A stretch of 64,000 bases of DNA, from contig JBHGNT010000003.1 of assembly GCA_043228905.1 (NCBI GenBank), positions 1,736,001-1,800,000 of the forward strand, written 5' to 3'. This document shows, in pieces, positions 13,701-26,859 of this stretch (position 1 is the stretch's first letter; every line of letters begins with the position of its first letter). The notes beneath the pieces were generated by a model that was not told the DNA's origin, ran no database searches, and saw nothing but the letters and a program-made list of their open reading frames with translations. Made by a program: the position numbers and the translations under genes. The stretch comes from Azolla caroliniana (lineage: Eukaryota > Plantae > Polypodiophyta).

Positions 13701-15675
13701 ATAGCCAAGTTAAAATCAAGAACGAATAAAAAAATATACTCTAAGTTGATAATCACAATGTTAGCATGTCATGGGCACATGTTAGCCTAGAGTATGTTCC
13801 ACATGAGTAAGGTGGACGGGGATGAGTCGGAGTATAATAATATAATTATTAGTAAGTAATATTATAGGAACGGACGGATCCGGATAGTTGTACCGATCCG
13901 GATCCGCACTGATTGATAGTCGGTGGCCGGTAAGGCACCGTTTTGTAATCCCTACCGGATGCCTATAAAAGGATCCGGAATCGATGTAAATGATTAACGG
14001 AAGTAATATAATATTAACATTGTTCTTAATTCTATTTTGTCTTGGTGTACTTGTCGTTCTGCGCTTAATTTGTTAATCTTATGCGTGTTATACGAAATTG
14101 GTTGTGTATTAACAATCCGGAGAGTATTAGGAAATAGTCGGATCGGAATCGGATAAACACCGGTTAACATCCATATCCTAACTACACCTTTGGAGAAGTG
14201 TTCCGGTATGAACACCTTGTGTTTGTGGCTAGGTCCAGCCCAGGATTAACACAGTTTTGACAACCACGACGAAACAAGGATAGTCCAGTGTTCGGCGGGA
14301 GTTTGGCATCAATGGTCGAACCAAGCGGCGGAACTCCAACTGCTCCGGGCGGATGCGGCAAACCGGAAGAATGACAGAGACAATTTCTATACGATGAATG
14401 AGGGAAGCATAGTCACCATCCAAGAGGAATTGTTGGAGGATTTTTATGCCTTGGCCGACACATAGATAGAGGAAGTTCAGAAGCTTGTGGACGGACTTGA
14501 AGACGATCAATTGCAGCTGCAAGGATATGAGCGGGAACGTCGGAGGAAAGAAGTTGCATGACGGATGGAGCAAATCAACATCAGTGATGAGGAGCAGCCA
14601 ACGAAAGCAAGACCCCAACAACAAGAGTCGCAGACGGATCAACAGATGGAAAGTGCTGGAACGAAGCAGATAGAAGAGGCCAGAATGGAAAAAACACGTT
14701 CGCGTTCACAAGTGGAAGGATCGTGCATTCCACTTGTAGATTCCTTTTGTAATCATCCAAATATACCCTCTCTACAAAAATTGGCTACACTAGTATCACA
14801 TGTTCAACAACTTTATTAGAATTTGCAAAATCAATAAAACATGATAGGTCTCCGAATGGAGAACATGTGAAATTCACTCAACTTTGGATTTCTTGATATG
14901 TTAATTAGATTATAATAAAGTTCAACAATGGCTCAATATCACACTTTTGTGAGACATGGCAAACACTAAGATGAAGACTTAGCTTTGTTTGGTAAGTTTA
15001 GCAAAACTATGAGGTGAAATTGTATCCATGCTAATAAAATGAGTTATAATTAAGAGTTTGACCCATACTCGTATCCCCCTCGTATCTATATAATTGTTCT
15101 TAATGTAAGATAGTGAACCTTAGGATAATGTGATTGAAATAATTAAGATATTAAAGCTTTCCATACTTGTGTTTAAAGTTAATGCAATCTAATCCTTAAG
15201 TGATTCTCATGGGATCGAACTCCGAATGATAACGATAGTTAAACTACAAGCGTATGAAACATGTGGATATTGATGAGAGGTGTTACTCCAAGGTTGTGCA
15301 ACTAATGGGACAGTGTAGCATCGTCCATTATCAACATACTACCCAATCTAAGCAGCAATGGAAGACAAACAAACAAAATAGTTTGATAATTATCAACACA
15401 CTACCCATTCTAAGCAGCAATTGAAGACAAAGAACCATAATATATGGACAATTATATATTAGACACACTTTGACAGTCTCGACAACCAATCTCAATTAAC
15501 CACTTCGACAGTCTTGACGACCATTCACATCACCGACATCGACAGCCTTGAAAGTCTCCAAACTGACAATCTCCACATGATTGTGTGCAACAAATGGCAA
15601 TGAGGATAATATGTTCAGGCAAACTTGAACCTAGAAGATTGTCACTATCAATAAGTCATGTTTCTCTGATGCTCG

Positions 15676-15882
15676 AAATCAGGCTTAAGGTTAAGTAATT
15701 CATGTTTCTCCATATTAGAGACAACAATAGAGGCATGAAATTAGGCTTAGGGTTAAGTAAATCATGTTTCTGTATATTAGAGACAACAATAGATGCACAA
15801 AATTAGGCTTAAGGTTAAGTAAATCATGTTTCTTCATATTAGATCAACAATATATGCGCAAAATCAAGCTTAAGGTTAAGTA
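15676..15882. repeat. ~62-bp tandem repeat (3-4 units) inside element B
   Basis: Repeated unit AAATCAGGCTTAAGGTTAAGTAA.TCATGTTTCTCCATATTAGAGACAACAATAGA. Confidence 0.8.
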
Positions 15883-16080
15883 AGGTTTCCTTACACAATA
15901 AAGCAATAACATTCATATTGCTTTAATTTTCCGAAGTGATAAGTCAACAAACCAAGCGTATGGGAATATAATTGAAACATATAGAACAATGTAAACAATC
16001 GACTACACGAATGGAAGAACCCAATATTTATATTAGAACTTGGAATTCATAAATTTACAGTTGATGAAAAAAACATTCTA

Positions 16081-18151
16081 TTACATAGCAATCAAGTCAT
16101 CAACGTCATTATCGTCATCTTCCTTTAGAGAAATCTCATTAGCTATATGTGCATTGTCTTCCCCTATTAGCCGAGCAACCGTAAGATCTTCTGTAAGCTC
16201 GTCATCAAGCTCAATTAGCTCCCCAGGTTTGCCAGCTAATGGAGGAATAGGGTCCCGGGAAGCCGATTGAAACCATTCTGCATCAGCGATGTGCTTTGCA
16301 CTGACCTCCTCGTCTTGGTCTAGGCATTCCCACAAGGCCTTTATCCTCATATTTATAAATATAAACTGCTCCTCATCCTTCTCCAATGCTATAGTATTTC
16401 TGAAGAGCTTCAATGCGCATGCAGACATTGTACCTTTAAAGAAATGGGCAAGAAGACTCAGTTAGCCAACCATCAAAATCAATATTAATTATATCAGCAA
16501 CCTAAACCTAGTTCGAAGGATACTTGTGCCAGAAAATAGGTCTAATATCCAATCTCCTTCATTCGAGAACATTTCGATCAAGCGCATCATAAGTCGTTGA
16601 GGTTTTTGGTATGGGTTGACAAGTCCTCATTCTATCGTGGTGACATGTCACAATTTTTGTGATTGCTGGATATACCAGCAGGTTTGAACCTCCAACTTCA
16701 TTAGAGTGCCCCTGGATTCTTTGTTTCTTTATTTCATCGAAATAACCAACAATAATGTACTCAATCGCATTTACGAACTGAAAGGTCGGTCCTCTATTCA
16801 CATTGGTTTTTATCCCATCAATGAATAGTAGGTTACTTAAGAATATATTCTATAAATTAAGAACAAAAGTACAGTGAATGAGAATTATACATAATCCTTA
16901 CCAAGCAAGGTTCTCGATGCCGTGGCAACGAGATCTCAACGCTTGATCTACTGAGTACCCTTGGTCCATGCTATGAAACACAACTATCCTCCACAAGGAT
17001 GCAGTCGTCAGCTCAGCAAAATCTTTAACTATTTTTTCTAGTTGTTTGAACTGGAAAGGTTCATCATCGTATGATGATCCGGCCATTCGAAATCCATAAG
17101 GTATATCTGCAATGAAAAGTGTATAGTCTTTCTTTGGCACTTTCTAGATCATCTCTACGACATCGCCACCGATCACATTATAGTATAGATCTCTCGTAAT
17201 GTCTTTCTTGTGGCTAATTTTTTTGAAGGAGTCATCTTCTTCAATTTCATATGCATTGACTAAGTGACGATCCTTTTCTTTTCTGGCTCTCTTGAGATGT
17301 GCAAGGAAGGATGTTGGAATGCCGTGTATATCCTTGACTTCTCATGGTTTCTTGCCACGACAAGGTTTCTAATAGAGAAAATAAGGCATCGACTATTAAT
17401 ACACAACATTTACAAATTAAGAAATCATTATTCTAAAAACAAATACTAGCCCAAATTCCAATCCTTGAATGCAATGAAATACTGAAATAACGCCTTATAT
17501 GAAGACGTTAGAGGATAATCCTCAGTCACTTGTTCCCAAGTTATACATCCAAGTTGTTTCATCATAACTTCTTGGATCGTAATATATACCTTATGACTGT
17601 GAAATCACGAATAGAGATTAGAACTTTATATAAACCATAACAGTTACATTTAACTATTCGACAAGACTTACTTGTTGGACTCATTGACCATCTCCTCTAG
17701 GCTCAAGTCTTTGGCCACAACCCTTGATAATATTGACACCAATAGGTGCTCATCATTTATGCTTTGCATTGCTCTCCATAGAGAAAGCTTCATGTTGTCG
17801 GTCGCTTCTTCAATTGTGAGGTCAATTTTCTTCATCATTGTTGATTTCAACTCGAATTGGGGGTCTAATCTACATTTCTTTTGTCGTTGAACCTTGACCT
17901 CCTTATTCTCCCACATTGAAAAAATGTGATCTTGAAGGTCCCAACCTTCCCCATCTCTAAAGGCTAGTTGAAACCATGGCTTGTACTTACGAAGACCATT
18001 GGACTTAACATTATCGTCAACAACAATGCCGACCTCATGAAGACATTGACGACGTAGTCCGGGGTGAAGGTTTACACCAAACTTTCATTTGACGTCCAAG
18101 TACTCATGGTGGAAGAACCTTATCCGCTTGATGGACAACATTTTTTGACGG
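16081..18151 (-). pseudogene. 3' part of the ParB-MTase cargo gene of element B (beta-class N6A/N4C DNA methyltransferase)
   Basis: Exonic pieces RIRFFHHEYLD...PGLRRQC...WFQLAF, LFIADIPYG (motif IV), WILDLFSG (motif I), MSACALKLFRNTIALEKD; intron positions match the 27157-30747 copy; stops and frameshifts present. Confidence 0.88.
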
Positions 18152-18171
18152 TGTCGTGAAGATTTTCAGCA

Positions 18172-18280
18172 ACGGTGTGAAAATAACGTGGAACGAGGAA
18201 AATTGAGAAGGTGCAATATGCACATGTATGAAAGGGGTGATGGTTAATGTGCACGTGTGATGTGTGTTTAGGTGTTCACT

Positions 18281-18311
<31 letters not shown>

Positions 18312-19082
18312 ATAAGCCTAACGCATACAATGAGGTGCAAGTAAAGGTTTTGAACCTTACACCTCCAAGATAGGAGACAATAGACATACCATTAGACTAG
18401 GTTGTTTTATTTGAAAGTTATTATTGTTCATTGTACTTTTTCATACGAAACTATTTGTACATGAGAGCTTAGATAAGGTACATGGTCATCATGCATCACG
18501 GTGTGAAAATCACATGGAACGAGGAAAATCGAGAAGGTGCAATATGCACATGTATGGAAGGGGTGATGGTTAATGTGCACGTGTGATGTGTGTTTAGGTG
18601 CTCATTACACACACATATATATAATAAGCCTAACGTATACAATGAGGTGCAAGTAAAGGTTTTGAACCTTACACCTCCAAGATAGGAGGCAATAGACATA
18701 CCATTAGACTAGGTTTTTTTATTTGAATTGTACTTTTTCATACAAAACTATTTGTACATGAGAGCTTAGATATGGTACATGGTCATCATGCATCACGGTG
18801 TGAAAATCACGTGGAACGAGGAAAATCGAGAAGGTGCAATATGCACATGTATGGAAGGGGTGATGGTTAATGTGCATGTGTGATGTGTGTTTAGGTGCTC
18901 ATTACACACACACACATATATAATAAGCCTAACACATACAATGAGGTGCAAGTAAAGGTTTTGAACCTTACACCTCCAAGATAGGAGGCAATAGACATAC
19001 CATTAGACTAGGTTGTTTTATTTGAAAGTTATTAAACTATTTGTACATGAGAGCTTAGATAAGGTACATGGTCATCATGCAT
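18172..19082. repeat. Three tandem ~300-bp units within the LTR of element C
   Basis: ACGGTGTGAAAAT.ACGTGGAACGAGG...GGTCATCATGCATC starts at ~18172, ~18498 and ~18795. Confidence 0.9.
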
Positions 19083-19503
19083 CTCATGCATCTCATGCAT
19101 GTACTACACCCTCACATGCACATATGCATGGGGGCATCTATATAAGAAGGAGAGAAAGGGAAAGAAAAGGGGGGAGGAATGTATGCAATCAATAATAATT
19201 AATAAGTTCTAGTTATCTCATTGGCAAAGTGTCTTCTATCTCAATTTCGAAGTCAAAGGTTCAAACCGGGAATAGGAATTCTTGCATGTATATGTCTATC
19301 AATTTATCTTTAATACTTCTCTCTTGCGCTAGTCCTTCTGCGGTTCCGTTATCTTGAATGATCCCATCATCAATCCTCCATAACCACTAGCGGATAGAGG
19401 CTCGGTGCTTGTCCGCGCTTGTGACACGCACATCCCGACGTTTGGCACGTGTGTCATGCGCCACACAACATCTATTTGGTGAACCCGACGTGAAAAACAC
19501 AAG

Positions 19504-21075
19504 GTGGTAATGGAGGCATCACGAATGATGGATGCAGTCTTGGATGCTTATGACTTAGAAGAGTCTATAAGAAGAGAAGGTGGGCCGAGACTGATAATGC
19601 TTCCATTTATAAGGAAGGCCATTGAAATGATGTTGCAGGATGATAAGGATAGAGCGATGGATTATCTCAAGTTGGCAAGGCAAGCTGAAAGATTATATCA
19701 AGAAGTTCCGGATTGGTATGAAGAAGTTATGACGTCCAGATTCGAACCTCAACCTTTTCATGGGCTTCTCAACAACGATGAAGATGAAGATGATCGAGAT
19801 ATTCGTGATTACTGTCATGAAGAGACATTCAACGAAGAATGTGGGCTTGTAAGAAAATATCAAGATATTCAAGGATGCGGTTGTGAAGAGAGACGTGACG
19901 AAGAACATGGGCTTGACAAGAGACATGGATATGTTCACAGTGATCGTGAAGAGGCATTCAATGAAGAAGAAGGTTTCGAAGAGAGAGATCGAGATCGACA
20001 TGCCTATGGTCGTTACGAGGATCATTGCAAACTCGACAAAGGAGAAACATGTGACAAAGAACGCGATCTTGAAGGGAGAGATTATGATTTCCGTCATGAA
20101 GATCATTGCAAACGCAAGAGAACAGAGATATGCACTAAAGAAGGATGTGATCATGAAGAGACATGGAACGAAGAACATACATTTGAGGGGAATGACCAAG
20201 ATACTCAAGGATGCAGTCGTGAAGAGACATGTGATGAAGAACGTGGGCTCAAGGGGAAAGACCAAGATACTCGGGGATGCAATCGTGAAGAGACATCAGA
20301 CAAAGAACGTGGGCTTGACGAGAAAGATCAAGATCTACACGATTATGACAAAGACAAAGATCATTACAAACTCACAAAGAGTGCTCGAGATCTACAAAGT
20401 TATGATTGTGACAAAGATTACTATAAACACAAGCGGAGAAATCAATGTCGAGCTCTTCATGGTTGTGCTAATGAAAAAGCACTCGACGGAAGCCATGATG
20501 GTGAGAAAGGTTGGGATCAAAACTCTCATGGTTTAAATTTTGATGACAAGTATGATAGGTTTAATAGGAGCCACAAACAAGAGGAGTTAGAAAAAGGCGA
20601 AAACTTTACATTTAAATGTGATGACGGTGATGATAGAAATGAAACACACGATTTAGGGCTTGACGATAGTAAAGGAGAATGCATTATTGATGGTGAGAGT
20701 GAGTGCCATGAGAAGAATGAGGGTTATGATGATAGAAAGTTGTGCACTTTCTGTGGATATGGTTATGATAAGGGTAATGGTGAGAGTGAGTGCCATGAGA
20801 AAAATGAGGGTTCTGATGATAGAAAGTTGTGCACTTTTTGTGGATATGGTTATGATAGGGGTAATGATGAGGGTGAGAGTGATGAAGAGAAATCATGTGT
20901 TTTAGGTTGCCTTGGTTTTCTTCGTGATAGATTTTATAAGAGTTTCACTAGATCAAATGGTGACATTCATGAGGATATCCATTATGAAAATAGAATAGGT
21001 ACTTGTGATGATGAGGAAGTTCTGCAAAAATATGTCCATGTGGATTGGGGTTACACAATGATCACACGGGTATAA
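19504..21075 (+). CDS. 523-aa acidic, repeat-rich ORF immediately after the PBS of element C (gag position); function unknown
   Basis: Open 1.57 kb; ~21-aa degenerate repeats and a 29-aa duplication containing CTFC; no recognisable gag or pol motifs. Confidence 0.5.
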   Translation: MVMEASRMMDAVLDAYDLEESIRREGGPRLIMLPFIRKAIEMMLQDDKDRAMDYLKLARQAERLYQEVPDWYEEVMTSRFEPQPFHGLLNNDEDEDDRDIRDYCHEETFNEECGLVRKYQDIQGCGCEERRDEEHGLDKRHGYVHSDREEAFNEEEGFEERDRDRHAYGRYEDHCKLDKGETCDKERDLEGRDYDFRHEDHCKRKRTEICTKEGCDHEETWNEEHTFEGNDQDTQGCSREETCDEERGLKGKDQDTRGCNREETSDKERGLDEKDQDLHDYDKDKDHYKLTKSARDLQSYDCDKDYYKHKRRNQCRALHGCANEKALDGSHDGEKGWDQNSHGLNFDDKYDRFNRSHKQEELEKGENFTFKCDDGDDRNETHDLGLDDSKGECIIDGESECHEKNEGYDDRKLCTFCGYGYDKGNGESECHEKNEGSDDRKLCTFCGYGYDRGNDEGESDEEKSCVLGCLGFLRDRFYKSFTRSNGDIHEDIHYENRIGTCDDEEVLQKYVHVDWGYTMITRV

Positions 21076-23585
21076 GCAAGGAAAATCTAGGAAATGTTAT
21101 CTGGGATGTGTATAATGATGATGTTGATGTTGTGAGCATGTGTGGGAAAGATGGGATTAAGGTTGATAATATTGAGGATAATCTAGAAAATGCTATGATG
21201 GTTTGGGATATGTATAACGATAATGTTGGTGTTGTGAGTGTGTTTGGGAAGGATAATTTTAGGGTAGATGATATTGAATATGATGATGTAAGTATAACTA
21301 ACATTGAGGTTGTTATCGAAGAAGATGAGGTTGTGGTAAAATGGATGGTTATTACTTGTAAAGAAGAAAGGAAAGAAGTGATTATAAAGACAACACACAA
21401 GAAGGAAGTAAAAGATGCATCAAGATGGTGGGATGTTCAACTAAACAGAGGAGGTTGTATTGCCAACATTTCTATCTCCCATCTCAAAGAAAAGGATTGG
21501 CTAATTAGAAGATGCACCCGGTTTTTAGATTCGTTTTGAGAAGACACATCGTCAACACCCCAAGAAGATCGAAGAAGAAGGTTGGGTACTGGTTTGCAAC
21601 AATAGCTTTGACAACCAATATAAGACGACAAGAAAGTTTGCAAGAAGGTGGTTCATATCATATGTGGAGCTAGACGGATCAAGGCTGGCCATACCGATTG
21701 TGGGAAAAAGACTAAAGATCTTCAAGAAAAGACAAGGTGAGGGTCCCGAACTCGATGATCTCAACAATGAAGATAGTAAGGCGAAACCCACAAACGTGAG
21801 CGAGGTCAATGAGGACGTGGAGGAATCTCACACCGTAGCCGAAATCTCACATTCTCTTCTTGGCACATACCGGAGGATGTGCGGTTTGGTGGGGGTGGAT
21901 GTCGTGAAGATTAATCGCAAATATGGTCAACTACGAACTTTCGGCATCCTCGATCATCCATAGTCTCATATTTTTCTTCAACCACACATCCTTTCATCGG
22001 AATTTCATCTAAGAATGGCATTGTTATCTCCGGAATGCAGTCCCAGAGCACCTTGTTCATTGCATTCATTCATCATATGTGCGGCCGAGTTTGTCACTCC
22101 TTGTGGTAGCGTGCACATTCAGACTAATCCTATCGGTGTTCGCATTGTAGTAATATCTTGGCTCTCCACGGATAGTTGGAATTGGTCATACCTAGAGTAT
22201 AGGTCTCTGATGGAGTATATCGTGCGTCCGGCAAACGCTTCTGCAAATTCGTCCACTATCGGACCGACTCCGGAGTTCCAGATCGTGACCTTGTTCATCG
22301 GTTGCAAATCTTGAATGAATCGGAGTGACCCATTCTTCTTAGGAATCGTAAACCATCAATTTGAGTACGGAGCGTTTGATGGCTCTAGAATCCCCATCAC
22401 CACCTTTTCTTTGAGCAATTCAATGATTTTTGGAATATGTGCTCGTGGCACCGGAATTGGCATCAAGTTCCACGACACATGGTCAATAGTAAAGATCACC
22501 ATCGGCTCCACTATCTTTGGATCAACACACCCTATCTCTTTTGGTGTCAATGCGAATGCCTTTCCATGTTGCTCCAACATCTCATGGAATCGTTCTTCTT
22601 CATTCTTTAAGAGGAACCCACCTCCACCAATCCGAAGTTTCTTCCGGGTCTCATTCGTGAAGGCATGTCCGATATCCACGAATTTCCAATGTGTCGGATC
22701 TCTCGAGACTTCTTTCCTCTTTTGTTCACTATTAGCGGGTAGCGGTTCCGGGACGGTTTCACCTTCTTTCCCACGGTCTTATATTTTGTACATACCATAG
22801 CTTCTTCTTTGCGGAGCCCATCCGGCCCCATTTTCACAATGATATCGTACATCTCGACCGATTCCACCGGGACTACCCAATCTCCCTGGCTATTCTCTTC
22901 CGCAAGCTCTTCAAGCCGTTGTAGGATGCTCTTATAGAACACTTCTTCGACTACTCCCACGATCTCTTCATCTTCTTTTATGATTGATGCAGACCGTAAC
23001 TCATCTTGCACCTTTTGGAATTCTTTCTTCATTACTCTGGTTACGGCCGTGTATGTAGATGTCCCATCCGGACCGATTCGTACTTGTTTTGCTCCGAGAG
23101 TTTTGTTCTTGTGTGGGGTATCAGGGCTTCTCAAACTGTCACTTCCCCACTGTCAGGAATAGTACTAAAGCAGAGATGGAATTATTACTAAGAAGAGTAG
23201 TACTATTAGTACTAAGATGACGGGACCGCGTAAGATTCCCGAGAGAGAGGAAGTGAGAAGAGGAGAGAGAGAGATAGGATGATGACAACAACTCTTATAT
23301 TATATGAATGATAAGTACAAATCGGCTAAGAGGCTTAAGACTGGTGTTGAACCAATTTGGTTCAAAACAATGCCTTGTGCCTCCTTTTATAGTGTTTTTA
23401 GGAATAATCCTGAAGCTTCTAGAATGTTCCAGAGAGATCTGGAATATACATCAATTTTCTATGATAAAGCATAAATGAAAATAATATCCTACAAATTACA
23501 ATTCATAGTCTAATGGTAAGAGCTCGACCCATGTAGCATAAGGTCATGGGTTCGAGTCTTGCCATATCATGACACTATCTCCCCC

Positions 23586-23859
23586 TTAAAGACGACGAGT
23601 GGAACGAGTCGGCGCTAATTGCGGACCGGGTTTGTCCGGATACTTTCGGTGAAAATCAGCAAGAAGATCCTGTGCATTGGCAACATGCTCGACGGGTTCC
23701 CAAGTACGTTCGCTCGGACTATAACCGAGCCAATCGACCAAGTAATAAAGTTTGTTGCGAACAAGTTTGGAATCGAGGATGGCAGCAACTTCATACTCCG
23801 GGCCGGCGTCCAACTCCAGCGGGGGCGGCGGTGGTGTCACACGATCGGGAATGGTGTTT
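23586..23859 (-). pseudogene. Chromodomain C-terminus of element E pol
   Basis: EYEVAAILDSKLVRNKLYYLVDWLGYSPSERTWEP; joins ...LLEPYKAN at 31511 across the DNA-transposon insertion. Confidence 0.9.
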
Positions 23860-24186
23860 AACACCGGGTCATTTGAAACAGGTAATATGTCGCATTATGA
23901 GAACACTACGTCGAAAAAGGGCACAAAAGCACGCAGTTTTCAAAAAGACACGACGCATGCGTAAAGCTTTTCAGAAAAGGTGGCAAAATATATTGAATTT
24001 CAACATGACTACCACTTTGAGGCATAAGTAAAATGCCTCCAAAAATACATCACCAAAATTACAAAATAATGTACAACATGTCTACCAGTTACAATTATAC
24101 ATATTCGTGAGTTTACATCCAAAACAAATTTACAAAGTTTCCGATCATGTAGTAAAACAATCCCCAGCTTGAACCAAACCAATATA

Positions 24187-26859
24187 TTAAGACATGTCTG
24201 ATGGACTAGAAGAGCATTTTGACGTCTCATCCTCATCATCAGTGGAAATCAAAGCATTATCCTCATCCAATTCCAACCCAACATCTTTGTGGTTATGAGA
24301 ATTGCTTCTGGTTATTCTCTGTATTTCGTTTGACACCATGTTTGGGATTTTCTCCTTTATTATCTTGATAGTTGCTTGTCTTAGATGACCTGATTTTGTC
24401 AATGAGAAGTCATATACTAGTATGTCAACACGGTCTAGTGTGAGAGTAGCCGTGCTCGGTATATTCTTTCTTCTTCTCTTTCTGCTTGAACATCCGACAT
24501 CCTTAACCATCTCTAAAGAATACTTTCCTGTAAATGCATCAGGTGAATTTGTCTGATACCAGTGGACTACTATTGACTTTGTCTGACTACTTTCTTCATC
24601 CCTTACTAATTCAATAATTTTTGCAATCCAAAATGGATGGCCCAAGGTATCGTCCCCTGCTAATGTTGCAACCAACATTCCCACTTGTAGTTCTTGCAAA
24701 TTACCTTGCCATCTTGCCTCAACAGTACGTGACTTTCTTGGTCCCACATAAATATCTCTTTGCAGTGGCCGAACTAAATCATGAAGCTCCATATTATTCG
24801 ATTGTTGGTGATGAGTCTGCGCTATCGTTGATGTCATCCCAATGTTCCATGTGAATGGGATACGGATTGGCCATAAACCGGCGATGTAATTATCTAAAAT
24901 GGTGCGTTGATGGGTGAAGAAAATCTCCCACCATTCAACATCCTCATCACCGGCATACTTCTTAGTCCGATCAATATTATTTTGTTTCTCTTCTAGACAT
25001 CTCAACCAATATGCCCTTTGTTCATCAATAGTACTATTTGGTGCTACATTTTTACGATCATCATATGGCATTTGTTGTGCACCATGTAGAGGTTCATCTG
25101 GGATATGAAGAAGGAGCCTACAACCTTCTTGGGGCTCCCATTGTGCACTAGATGAGTATTGTTTCGCAAACAACACCGTCATCTTCAGGTGGGCCGATCT
25201 TTGTTTTATGAGGAAGACATGGTTGAAACTTATATTATTAAGAGGTGCAAGCACCCTACCTTTAGTCCCGTCACTATCCATGCAGAAACGTTTAAAGTCG
25301 TATACTTCTTCCAAGTGTTGTACTTTAGGCTTTGGTGTATATGCTTCACTAATCAATTTGGATAGCGTGGGAAGTGTGAAAGCATTACAACGAGCAAGTT
25401 TCTTTGAGAACCTATTGAACATTTGATCTATGTGATCATGGGTATGACCAACCAACAAGAAGTTAACCTTTATCTTTTTAAATATGCCCCTCTCTACTAG
25501 CATGCTTAGATAGCCGAAGACAGTTGAGTTCTTATTCTCTCTTGCTGTGTTGTCTAGTTGCACATATAGAACTGGCGGGAGTATACCTGACCATGATTGC
25601 AATACCCTGTGCATGACAGTGACAGTAAGATTAGGGTCGTTGTGGATATTGGGATAAGTTAAGAACACTTGCGGTCTTATAGTTTGACAATATGTCAAAC
25701 AACCCACTAGATGCATTTGCACGAGACACTCATCTCCAATATCCTTGGGGAGTCTTTGAAAATGCGGCAAACAAGTTTTCTTTTGATCCATGCCGTCAAT
25801 AATCATGCACATATACTTTTCGGGAGATTGAAACGCTTTTTGTCGGTGATGCATAGCCTTAGTACATTCCAATGCCTGACTTTCACGATGTTCTTTGAAC
25901 AGGTTCTTGTAATTCTTGATCTCTACATCTGATTTTCCACCCTTGGCCATACTTTTTAAACTCGCACATATTGAGCAGACTCCCATTCGCACCTTTCGTG
26001 GGATAACCACGTTATTAAATTGTAACCTCCATAGTCGATTAAAATGCCTGTACTGTATGTAAGGCTCAACATCGGAAGACATGTCGTCCTTGTACGATTG
26101 GTAAACTTCCCTTCGAGTAAAGTTATCTGACAAATGAAGTCTTCCTGTCGTTGGCATAACTTTGCACTGTTTTGAAAAATATACCTCCATCCACCTATTT
26201 GCCTATTGCCCAATTTGACCCTTACATCCAGAACCATTTTGATCGAACTGTACCCAGGAGCCCTTCAGAAGTCGCTCTTGAACTCGTTGCAGCCGCATAT
26301 TTCCAATGCTATGAGTGATTTAAAAAGCTGCTCGACAACACTTGGTATTTAGTCCAAGGAAATATTCAACTTGCGTTGAATTAGGCCCTGCTTTGTGATC
26401 CAATTTAAGTTGCATATGCGAAAGAAGAAATGTATCTTGCTCTTGCCCATTAAGCGACAAGTATTTTTGTCGTGTTTCACGTAACCTTGACTTTCCATAA
26501 GTTGATAGACAGAGATTCGCACAACACGATTTGTTCAAGTCACATAGAAGTTGACGATCAGAACATAAGAAATTAAATCTCTTTTCACTAACTTGTCGAG
26601 GAACTCTTTTAAATGCTAGAGGTTTAGTAATGCTATTGTTATCTATCGACGAAGAATCGTCCGCTTGTAAGCTTGCATGAAGAGGGCCATCAACAGGATC
26701 AATTGAAAACAGAGAATTCGAAGTACTAGGAGCCACACTTTTCTGTTTAAGCTGTGAATGTTTTTTGTGGTCGTACTCTTCTATTGAGAAATACGAGTTG
26801 TCTGACAATGAAAAGGGGGCAATAGAAAAAAGAGATGTTCTACTTGTAGAAGAAGACAT
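24187..26859 (-). pseudogene. Sola/DUF7869-like DD(D/E) transposase, ~890 codons, intronless, two in-frame stops (26320-22 and ~26205)
   Basis: ORFs 26859-26320 and 26190-24187 are in the same frame; motifs IIDGMDQKKT, VQLDNTARENKN, FLLVGHTHDHIDQMF; Cys clusters SCCANLC, KCCRAAF, CSIC; lies inside TIRs with a 4-bp TSD. Confidence 0.85.

Larger units (their letters stand above)
18152..21912 (+). mobile_element. Element C: truncated non-autonomous LTR retroelement; 5' LTR ~18152-19470, PBS (tRNA-Trp type) 19477-19493, G-rich PPT ~21888-21899, 3' LTR cut after ~13 bp
   Basis: TGTCGTGAAGATT occurs at 18152 and again at 21900 after a G-rich tract; TGGTGAACCCGACGTGA follows the LTR; integrase C-terminal remnant ELDGSRLAIPIVGKRLKIFKKR at ~21664-21735. 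Confidence 0.75.

Noticed and set aside
10800-13770. Possible old retroelement remnants and a ~65-bp degenerate direct repeat (~11566-11632 / ~12102-12169)
   Set aside because: Too decayed to define boundaries or family
18172-19082. Long regularly spaced repeats as a CRISPR-like array
   Set aside because: Units are ~300-bp full tandem duplications inside an LTR with no unique spacers; the same applies to the 62-bp (15676-15882) and ~170-bp (60955-61410) repeats
23506-23562. Functional tRNA gene
   Set aside because: A and B boxes are present but I cannot fold a proper acceptor or anticodon stem; kept only as a tRNA-like promoter
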